From: an uncultured Erysipelotrichaceae bacterium
GTDB taxonomy: Bacteria; Bacillota_I; Bacilli_A; RFN20; CAG-826
Direction: 5' to 3'
Length of the DNA stretch: 64,000 nt
Assembly: GCA_902803375.1 (NCBI GenBank)
Contig: CADCPN010000002.1
Location: 111,755 to 175,754, forward strand
Shown: in pieces, positions 38,154-45,663 of the stretch
Numbering within the stretch: the stretch's first letter is position 1
Layout: every line of letters begins with the position of its first letter
The notes under the pieces: model-generated
What the model saw: the letters and a program-made list of their open reading frames with translations, nothing else
Database searches by the model: none
What the model was told of the DNA's origin: nothing
Made by a program: the position numbers and the translations under genes

Positions 38154-39847
38154 AAAAATCAATGAACAAGAAGCTGTTGGGCCTCGCTGGCATCGGCTTA
38201 GGGGCCGTTTTGCTATCTAGCTGCACCGCAAACTTCTGCTCGGATGTCGATAGAGCGCAGATGGCCTACCCTTATGAACAGGGCGTTACCGTCTATTGCA
38301 ACGAAACCGAGTACAACAGCTACAAAGCGGAAAACAGCGAAGTCATTGCGTATGAAGAAAGCATCAATGTCGCCGGCAAAGCTATTGACGGTAACGACAA
38401 TGTCTTCAAGTACGTTCCGTACACCATCAACGACACCGGAAAATATGTTGTTTTCGGTGCTGCCAAAGCTAGTTATCTCTCCGGAACCATCATCAGTGGC
38501 GCATATAGCTCCGGTTATTCTCTCCCGTCACTAAAATACTGGGCCGAAATCGATTCCAGAGTTCTCGAAGCCTCGCTCTTCCTCGCAGAGAAGAATGGCG
38601 AAGTTGCTTACCTCAACTCCAAGACCTCGGTCGCCAGCGATACCTTCAAGGCTTCCGTCACCGTTTATGGTAAGGATAAGGATGGTGAGGACGGATACTG
38701 GGCGGTCAACCCGTTCACCGTCGCCGATAGCGATGGCAAAGGCGAAGGAGTCGAAATCATCGATAAATCTGTTCTTCGCCGCTATGGTCACGTCAAGTTC
38801 AGTGGCATCGACGGTGCTCTCTGGGGCAACTTCGATTCCTGGACTGCCGACCTCTATAAGAACGAAGGCAATGATGCCGACCTCGGTATGGACCATGTCC
38901 CGACCGCGGAATTCGCCTCTTACTATAAGAACGCCGTTATCAAGACCGTTAACAACAACCGTTCTTGCATCGCCACCCGCACTGCCAACTACGGCCATTA
39001 CGGAACCAACGCCAACTGGGAAGTCGCAATCCAGCAGAAAGATTGGGGCTATGCCTGGAAGATGGGCTTCCTCGAAGGACTTCTCGTCTATCCGGTCTCT
39101 TGGCTCGTCGATACCTTCGCGTTTGGTATGGACCCATCCCTCAGCGGCGTCGGACAGATCTGGGCGCTTATCTTTGTTACCTTGATCGTTCGTGGCCTCC
39201 TGCTCCTCATCACCTTCAAGTCCACTATGGACACCCAGAAGATGACCGCGCTTCAGCCGGAAATGGCTAAGTTGCAGGCGAAGTACCCGAACTCCAATAC
39301 GAATCAGGCTGAAAAGCAAAGGCTCGCGCAGGAGCAGATGGCACTATACCGCCGTCACAAGATCCATCCGTTTGGCCAGATCCTGATGATGATCGTCCAA
39401 TTCCCGGTCTTCATCTGCGTCTGGTCCGGTTTGCAGGGTTCCGCCGCTCTCTCGACTGGCGAATTCCTTGGCATGAGACTCTCCGATAACATCAACACCA
39501 TTCTCATGAATTTCAATGTGAGATGGTACGCTAACGAAAACGGCTGGTGGACCGCACTTGTCCTCTTCATCCTCATGGCTGGCGTTCAGGTCATGGCTAT
39601 GATGCTTCCGAAGATCTTCCAAAAGGTCCAGGAAAAGAAGTTGACTAAGCTCGGCAAGAATCCGGCTGCTACTGACCAGCAGAAACAGATGAAGTGGATG
39701 AGCATCGGCATGATGGTCTTTACGATCGTTATGGGCTTCATGCTCCCGTCCGCTATGGGTATCTACTGGCTCATCGGTGGTCTCATCTCCATGATTCAGA
39801 CCCTTATCACTCAGTTAATTATGGCTAAAGCCAAGAAAAGAGGATAA
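38150..39847 (+). CDS. yidC: YidC/Oxa1-family membrane insertase, lipoprotein form with an approximately 300-aa N-terminal extracytoplasmic domain
   Basis: Signal peptide with lipobox LLSSC. The C-terminal half carries the YidC core (…KSTMDTQKMTALQPEMAKLQAKY…RLAQEQMALYRRHKIHPFG…). It overlaps rnpA by 4 nt. Confidence 0.85.
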   Translation: MKKSMNKKLLGLAGIGLGAVLLSSCTANFCSDVDRAQMAYPYEQGVTVYCNETEYNSYKAENSEVIAYEESINVAGKAIDGNDNVFKYVPYTINDTGKYVVFGAAKASYLSGTIISGAYSSGYSLPSLKYWAEIDSRVLEASLFLAEKNGEVAYLNSKTSVASDTFKASVTVYGKDKDGEDGYWAVNPFTVADSDGKGEGVEIIDKSVLRRYGHVKFSGIDGALWGNFDSWTADLYKNEGNDADLGMDHVPTAEFASYYKNAVIKTVNNNRSCIATRTANYGHYGTNANWEVAIQQKDWGYAWKMGFLEGLLVYPVSWLVDTFAFGMDPSLSGVGQIWALIFVTLIVRGLLLLITFKSTMDTQKMTALQPEMAKLQAKYPNSNTNQAEKQRLAQEQMALYRRHKIHPFGQILMMIVQFPVFICVWSGLQGSAALSTGEFLGMRLSDNINTILMNFNVRWYANENGWWTALVLFILMAGVQVMAMMLPKIFQKVQEKKLTKLGKNPAATDQQKQMKWMSIGMMVFTIVMGFMLPSAMGIYWLIGGLISMIQTLITQLIMAKAKKRG

Positions 39848-39850
39848 AGA

Positions 39851-40450
39851 ATGAAGGAATACACCGCTAAAACGGTTGAAGAAGCCATCAAGGCTGCTGC
39901 CGCCGAACTCGGCGTTGCCGAAAACCGCCTCGTTTATGAGGTCAAGGAAGAGAAGAAATCACTCTTCAAGAAGTCTGCTACCATCGCCGTCTATGACGAG
40001 TCCGATGCTCAGGCTTATGCCGAAAAGTATCTTCATGATGCCATCGCCGCCCTCGGAATCGAAATCACCACCGAGTCCAAGATGGAAGACGACATCATTA
40101 AGGTCACCCTTAACTCCGAGCGTAACCCCGTCCTCATCGGACGTGGTGGCAGAACCCTCCAGGCTCTCAATGAGCTCGTTAAGCTTGCCGTCTCCAACAA
40201 ATTCCGCCGCCGTTACAGAATTCTTCTCGATGTCGGCGGATACAAAGAAGACAAGTATGACAAGGTCACCCGCATCGCCAAGCGCGTTGCCAAGGAAGTC
40301 CAGCGCAGCAAAGTCGATGCGCAGCTCGATCCGATGACCCCGGATGAGAGAAGGGTTGTTCACAACGTTCTCTCCGGCTGGAGCAACATCAAGACCGAAT
40401 CCGCTGGTGAAGGCAACGACCGCGCCATCTGGATCCGCTACGTCGACTAA
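39851..40450 (+). CDS. jag: Jag/KhpB RNA-binding protein (Jag_N, KH and R3H domains)
   Basis: KH-like segment VLIGRGGRTLQALNELV and an R3H-type C-terminus. Its position after yidC is conserved. Confidence 0.85.
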   Translation: MKEYTAKTVEEAIKAAAAELGVAENRLVYEVKEEKKSLFKKSATIAVYDESDAQAYAEKYLHDAIAALGIEITTESKMEDDIIKVTLNSERNPVLIGRGGRTLQALNELVKLAVSNKFRRRYRILLDVGGYKEDKYDKVTRIAKRVAKEVQRSKVDAQLDPMTPDERRVVHNVLSGWSNIKTESAGEGNDRAIWIRYVD

Positions 40451-40468
40451 TCCCTATATATAAGATAT

Positions 40469-40498
40469 GGCTCGAAGGTCACTTCGGGCCTTTCTTTT
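40469..40498 (+). terminator. rho-independent terminator after jag
   Basis: GGCTCGAAG gtca CTTCGGGCC followed by TTTCTTTT. Confidence 0.75.
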
Positions 40499-40556
40499 GG
40501 GGCTGATGCCTCTAACAACACGAAATACCTTTAAAAAGGTATAATCCAATTGCCTT

Positions 40557-41882
40557 ATGAAACCGATCATTGCTTTAGCAACTCCGCCGCTTAAGGGCGC
40601 GCTCGCACTTATTCGCCTCTCTGGAGACAACGTTTTTGAAATCACGTCCTCGATGTTTTCCAAATCGATAACAGGAATGAATCAACGCGGATTGGTTTTC
40701 GGCACCCTTAGTGACAACGGGAGAATGATCGACCAAGTCGTCCTTTTGGTTTATCCGGGACCGGCGACCATGACGGGCGAGGATGTCGTTGAAATCTCTT
40801 GCCACGGTTCTATGGTCATCGTGGAAGAAATCATCCAAGCCTTCCTTGCCAAAGGCGTTGTTTATGCGACCCGTGGCGAATTCTCCAGCCGCGCTTTCTA
40901 TAACGGAAAGATGGATTTGATTGAGGCTGAGGCTGTTAATGACCTCATTAACGCCACGACCCTTGAGGCTAAAAACGTTGCCTTGCTCTCCCTTTCTGGT
41001 GAAACGAGCAAGCTCGTTGCCCCGCTAAAAGAGCAGATCAGCTCCTTGCTTGCCCTCCTCGAAGTCAACATTGATTATCCAGAATACACCGACATAGAAG
41101 AGGCGAATGGCGAAACTATTGTCGCCAAATGCAAGGAAATCAGGAACAATCTCTCTTCTCTCATTAAGATGGGTGAAGATGGAAAGATTATCCGTAACGG
41201 AATCAAAGTTGCCATCGTTGGCCGGCCCAATGTTGGCAAATCCTCCTTGCTCAACGCTCTGCTGAATGAAGAAAAAGCCATTGTCAGCGATATCCCTGGC
41301 ACTACCCGTGACATCGTCGAAGGCGAAATCTCTGTTAATGGCATTGCGCTTCATCTACTCGATACCGCAGGCATTCGCGAATCCGACGACATGATTGAAC
41401 AACTTGGCGTTCAAAGAAGCGAAAAGTCTATTCAGGATGCAGACCTTGTTATCCTTGTTGCAGACGGTAGAACTGGTTTAGGCGAAGAAGAACACGCCTT
41501 ACTTAAACTCGCAGAAGGAAAGAAGACCTTGGTTGTCTTCAACAAAGCAGACCTTGTTAGCGAGAAAAAAGAGAAAACGATATACGTTTCCGCTTTAAAC
41601 AAAGATATCTCTGCTCTAAAAGATGCGATCTTCGCTGCGCTAGGTCTCGATGAGAAAGCCTTCGTCACTCCAAGCTTCTCCAACGCGAGAGAACTTGGAC
41701 TACTAAGACAAATCGATGGCTATCTCAAACAAGAACAAGACGATGCTGAGATGGGCTTAACCGCGGATTTGCTTTCCGTGAACCTGCAAGCCGCCTATAA
41801 CTGCTGTCGCGAATTGATGGGAGAAGAACCGACCCAAGACCTCACCGATGAGATCTTCTCTAGGTTCTGCGTCGGAAAATGA
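40557..41882 (+). CDS. mnmE: tRNA modification GTPase MnmE
   Basis: G1 motif GRPNVGKSS, then DTAGIR and NKADL motifs, and a C-terminal CVGK. Confidence 0.93.
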   Translation: MKPIIALATPPLKGALALIRLSGDNVFEITSSMFSKSITGMNQRGLVFGTLSDNGRMIDQVVLLVYPGPATMTGEDVVEISCHGSMVIVEEIIQAFLAKGVVYATRGEFSSRAFYNGKMDLIEAEAVNDLINATTLEAKNVALLSLSGETSKLVAPLKEQISSLLALLEVNIDYPEYTDIEEANGETIVAKCKEIRNNLSSLIKMGEDGKIIRNGIKVAIVGRPNVGKSSLLNALLNEEKAIVSDIPGTTRDIVEGEISVNGIALHLLDTAGIRESDDMIEQLGVQRSEKSIQDADLVILVADGRTGLGEEEHALLKLAEGKKTLVVFNKADLVSEKKEKTIYVSALNKDISALKDAIFAALGLDEKAFVTPSFSNARELGLLRQIDGYLKQEQDDAEMGLTADLLSVNLQAAYNCCRELMGEEPTQDLTDEIFSRFCVGK

Positions 41883-42658
41883 TCGAATACATTGATTCCC
41901 ATTGCCATCCTAACGATGAATCCTTGCTCGTCCGCTTCGATGAGGTGGTTGGGAACGCCTTCGCCGCAGATGTGAGGACGATGCTTTTCATCGGCTGGGA
42001 TTTAGAATCTTCCAAAAAGGCGGTTCAGCTCGCCGAGAAATATGATGGCTGCTATGCGGCCGTCGGCTTTCACCCAGAGAACTTAGAAGGCGTCTCTGAT
42101 GATGCCTTATTAGAGATAAAAGACCTCTGCAAAAACCCGAAGGTTGTGGCCATTGGCGAGATTGGCTTGGACTACCACTGGTTCAAAGATCCCAAAGACC
42201 ACGAAAACCAAAAGAAATGGTTTGTTAAGCAGATCGAACTCGCCAATGAACTAAATCTTCCGGTCAGCATTCATGCGCGAGATGCCTCTGGTGATACGCT
42301 CGCATTGCTAAAAAAGCATCCAGTAAACGCCAAAGGCGTGCTTCACTGCTACTCCGGATCGGTTGAGACGATGAGAGAGCTGCTGAAGCTTGGGTACTAT
42401 TTTGGATTTGACGGGCCAATAACCTTTAAAAACGCCAAAGAGCCAAAAGCCTGCGTAGCGGAGATCCCTTTGGATAGGCTTCTATCCGAGACCGATTCTC
42501 CTTATATGGCCCCAACCCCGCTTCGTGGAACCGTAAATGAGCCGAAAAACATCCCGCTCATCGTGAGTGCCATGGCGGAAATAAAAGGTATCCCCATAGG
42601 GGATATCGCTGAAGCAATCAGGAGGAACTTCGCGGAACTGTTCCGCGTGAAACAATGA
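41879..42658 (+). CDS. tatD: TatD-family metal-dependent DNase/hydrolase
   Basis: Contains DSHCH, GEIGLDY and a histidine pattern. It overlaps mnmE by 4 nt. Confidence 0.88.
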   Translation: MIEYIDSHCHPNDESLLVRFDEVVGNAFAADVRTMLFIGWDLESSKKAVQLAEKYDGCYAAVGFHPENLEGVSDDALLEIKDLCKNPKVVAIGEIGLDYHWFKDPKDHENQKKWFVKQIELANELNLPVSIHARDASGDTLALLKKHPVNAKGVLHCYSGSVETMRELLKLGYYFGFDGPITFKNAKEPKACVAEIPLDRLLSETDSPYMAPTPLRGTVNEPKNIPLIVSAMAEIKGIPIGDIAEAIRRNFAELFRVKQ

Positions 42659-43200
42659 CTAAACCACGCTATCCGGCCATAATAGTGGTCGAAGGGACCT
42701 CAGATGAGGCTTTAATTACCTCTTTTCTAGATGCTGATATCGTCACAACCAATGGCTCAGAGGTTTCACGTGAAACTATTGAATATCTTAAGGAAGCCAA
42801 GAAGACCCGTGATATCGTTGTTTTGACCGATCCCGACTCCCCTGGAAAAAGAATTAGAGACATCCTTAATCAGAATATCCCGGGATTGCTCCACGCGTTT
42901 GTCCTAAAAGAACACGCGGTAAAACATCACAAAGTCGGCGTAGCCGAATCTAGCAAAGCGGATATCCTTGAAGCGCTTAGCCATGTCATTCCCTCCGCGG
43001 ATTTCGTGCGTGGGCAGCTCACCATGGCTGATTTGTATGAAGTTGGCGTCGTTGGGCAACCCGACTCCGTGAATCGCCGCCATCAGCTTGAAGTAAAGCT
43101 TCACCTTGGTCACTGCAATGCAAAGACCTTATTGAAAAGAGCCAACGCCCTCGGCTTAACAAAAGAAAGAATAAAGGAGGCCCTCAATGACGAAAGATAA
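42655..43200 (+). CDS. rnmV: ribonuclease M5 (Toprim domain)
   Basis: IVVEGTSDE and LTDPDSPGKRIR Toprim motifs. The order tatD-rnmV-rsmA is conserved. Confidence 0.88.
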   Translation: MTKPRYPAIIVVEGTSDEALITSFLDADIVTTNGSEVSRETIEYLKEAKKTRDIVVLTDPDSPGKRIRDILNQNIPGLLHAFVLKEHAVKHHKVGVAESSKADILEALSHVIPSADFVRGQLTMADLYEVGVVGQPDSVNRRHQLEVKLHLGHCNAKTLLKRANALGLTKERIKEALNDER

Positions 43201-43996
43201 ATTCTTTGAAGGCGTCGCTACCTACAAAACCCTTGCCAAGAAAGAAGTCGGTCAGAATTTCTTGATCGATGCAGATGCCGCCGAACGCATCGTCTCTCTT
43301 TTGGAGGAAAAGGAGAATGACCATGTGCTTGAAATTGGCTGCGGCGCAGGCTCTTTGACCTACTTCCTCTCCCTAGGGCCCGCGGAGGCGGTGGCCATCG
43401 ATATCGATGAGGCCATGCTTGCAAAGACCGGCGCGGATTTCGAGGGCAACCCCTATGTGCAAATCAAGCAAGGCAACGCGATGAAGTTCGATTATTCAGG
43501 CTTCGATAAAATCGTCGGCAACCTTCCTTATTACATTACTTCCGGCATCATCGAACAGGTGCTCCTAGGCGCGGTTAAGTGTCAGAAAGCCGTCTTTATG
43601 GTCCAAAAAGAAGCGGCTACCAGAATCTTGGCTAAACCGAATACCAAAGACTACAGCCCGCTATCCGTTTATATCTCCATCGTTTCTTCTTCGAAAAAGG
43701 AATTCAACGTTGGCCGCAGCAGCTTCACCCCTGCTCCCCATGTCGATTCCACGGTCATCTCCTTGACCTTCAACGAAAGACATAATGAAGCTGCCGCGAA
43801 GATGTATCGCCTAGCTTGCTCCTTGTTCTTACAAAGAAGAAAGACCATTTACAACAACCTGAAGAACTATCTCCATGATGGCGACAAGGCGAAACAAATC
43901 TTAGATGCCAACGGCATTTCTTATAACGCTAGGCCAGAAGAGCTCACGCCTGAGCAATATTGGGCTCTCAGTAACGATAGAAACCTAGTAGAATAA
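43187..43996 (+). CDS. rsmA: 16S rRNA (adenine1518/1519-N6)-dimethyltransferase
   Basis: GQNFLID, LEIGCGAGSLT and NLPYYITS motifs. Confidence 0.93.
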   Translation: MTKDKFFEGVATYKTLAKKEVGQNFLIDADAAERIVSLLEEKENDHVLEIGCGAGSLTYFLSLGPAEAVAIDIDEAMLAKTGADFEGNPYVQIKQGNAMKFDYSGFDKIVGNLPYYITSGIIEQVLLGAVKCQKAVFMVQKEAATRILAKPNTKDYSPLSVYISIVSSSKKEFNVGRSSFTPAPHVDSTVISLTFNERHNEAAAKMYRLACSLFLQRRKTIYNNLKNYLHDGDKAKQILDANGISYNARPEELTPEQYWALSNDRNLVE

Positions 43997-44003
43997 CTAC
44001 CGC

Positions 44004-44852
44004 ATGAACTGCAAATCACACGCAAAAATTAACTTGTCCCTTAAGGTTCTTGGAACCCGTGAAGATGGATATCATGAACTAGAAATGGTGAATCTCCCGC
44101 TCGAACTACACGACGTCATCGAGATTTCTACCCTTCCTTATTACAATGAAACCTTCATTACCTGCGACGATCTTCGCCTTTCTGGCCTCAAGACCAACCT
44201 CTGCAAAAGAGCGGTCGATGAGATGAGAGAGGTCTATCACTTCCCGCAGAATTTCATGATCCACATCCATAAGGAAATCCCCTTTGCCGCTGGACTTGGA
44301 GGAGGCTCGAGCAATGCCGCGGCCGTTATGCTGGCCTTGAACAAGATGCTGAAGTTGGGCGCTACCAACGAAGAGCTTGCCAAGATCGGCGTGAAAATCG
44401 GAGCCGACGTTCCCTTCTTCTTCGCCAACAAGCCTGCAAAGGTATACGGCATCGGCGAGAAGATGGAACTTATCCCGGTGAAGAAATCCTACTATTGCTT
44501 GATCATCAAGCCACAGGAAGGCCTATCCACCAAAGACGTGTATGACGTTTGCGATAAATTCCAGCGCTACAACATCGATACCGAGAAGGTTATCAAAGGC
44601 TTGGCTGAGGATGATCAGCTTGCCATCGCCAAAGGCATGGGCAATGATTTGCTCGCACCGGCGGAATCCCTTCTTCCTGTCGTCGGAGAACTATTCGCCT
44701 CCTTGCAGCATGACGGATTCGCGATGTCTGGCATGTCCGGATCGGGGAGCGCGCTATTCGCTCTTACCGAAGATGCGCATAAGGCTAAGGAAGCCTTCAA
44801 AAAGTACAGCAAGCGCAACCTTATTTGCGTCCTTACCAAGACCCTTAACTAA
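44004..44852 (+). CDS. ispE: 4-diphosphocytidyl-2-C-methyl-D-erythritol kinase
   Basis: KINLSLKV N-terminus and GHMP motif PFAAGLGGGSSNAAA. Confidence 0.9.
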   Translation: MNCKSHAKINLSLKVLGTREDGYHELEMVNLPLELHDVIEISTLPYYNETFITCDDLRLSGLKTNLCKRAVDEMREVYHFPQNFMIHIHKEIPFAAGLGGGSSNAAAVMLALNKMLKLGATNEELAKIGVKIGADVPFFFANKPAKVYGIGEKMELIPVKKSYYCLIIKPQEGLSTKDVYDVCDKFQRYNIDTEKVIKGLAEDDQLAIAKGMGNDLLAPAESLLPVVGELFASLQHDGFAMSGMSGSGSALFALTEDAHKAKEAFKKYSKRNLICVLTKTLN

Positions 44853-44866
44853 AGAAAAGAGAATTG

Positions 44867-44893
44867 CGGCGTGGCCAACACGCCGTTTCTTTT
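44867..44893 (+). terminator. rho-independent terminator after ispE
   Basis: CGGCGTG gccaa CACGCCG followed by TTTCTTTT. Confidence 0.75.
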
Positions 44894-44926
44894 ACCTTGC
44901 TTGGTGCAACCGCCTATAATCCGCCT

Positions 44927-45586
44927 ATGAAAACTAGAAGCAAAAACGTAATTATTGGCTCCCTTATCACGAATGCCGCGCTGGTCCTCGTGGGCTTATT
45001 TGGAATGTCGGTTGTCCTCTTCCGCCATCTTCCAGGAAACGATGCCTTCCCCTGGTATTATTCCCTAACCTATTACACGAACCTATCCAACATGATCCTC
45101 ATCGTTGGCGCGGCCCTTTGCTTAAAAAACGACATCCTTGAGTTAGCCCTGAAGAAAACGAAGCCCGTCTTCTTCTATGTTAAGTTCTCTGGTGTGATTA
45201 CTACTCTTGTGACCATGACTACGGTCTGGATCGCCGTCATCTTCACCCTTAATCCGACGTTTGGCGTGGCGCTTAATGGCAGCATGTGGCTACTATTCCA
45301 CACGATTTGCCCGCTTTCTGGCGTCTTGTCCTTTCTCTTCCTCGACGCGAAAGAGAATATAAGGAAGATTCAGATTCTTGCCCCGGCTGGACTAACAATC
45401 GCATACACAGTCATGATGGAGATCCTTTATGCAACCGGTGGTAGAATCCCCTATGTCAGTGATTTCGGCGATGAGCCGATGCAGGTTAATGCTTGGACCT
45501 TCGTTATTCTTGGACTTATCGAAAGCGGCCTTGCCACAGGACTTGGATTCCTTGTCCGCTTCCTAAACAACAAGAAAGCAAAGTAA
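44927..45586 (+). CDS. integral membrane protein, function unknown
   Basis: About six hydrophobic segments. The start was moved to MKTRSKNVIIG (ATG at 44927) because the listed start at 44864 lies inside the ispE terminator. Confidence 0.6.
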   Translation: MKTRSKNVIIGSLITNAALVLVGLFGMSVVLFRHLPGNDAFPWYYSLTYYTNLSNMILIVGAALCLKNDILELALKKTKPVFFYVKFSGVITTLVTMTTVWIAVIFTLNPTFGVALNGSMWLLFHTICPLSGVLSFLFLDAKENIRKIQILAPAGLTIAYTVMMEILYATGGRIPYVSDFGDEPMQVNAWTFVILGLIESGLATGLGFLVRFLNNKKAK

Positions 45587-45601
45587 GAAAAGCGATGTAA
45601 G

Positions 45602-45636
45602 AAAAGCACCTCTTCTTTCGAAGGGGTGCCTTTTAT
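45602..45636. terminator. bidirectional terminator between the membrane-protein gene and ppdK
   Basis: GCACCTCTTC tttc GAAGGGGTGC flanked by an A-run and a T-run. Confidence 0.7.
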
Positions 45637-45663
45637 GGTTGTTCAGTGAATCGGGAAGAAGAC

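Noticed and set aside
44864-44926. N-terminal extensions given in the ORF track for several genes: 44864 (membrane protein), 21009 (ABC fusion), 21538 (tadA), 33165 (gyrB), 55827 (tilS) and 4685 (hsdR).
   Set aside because: The extensions overlap terminators, promoters, the SRP RNA or the preceding gene, and they lack SDs. Downstream starts restore family-typical N-termini and, where SDs exist, correct SD spacing.
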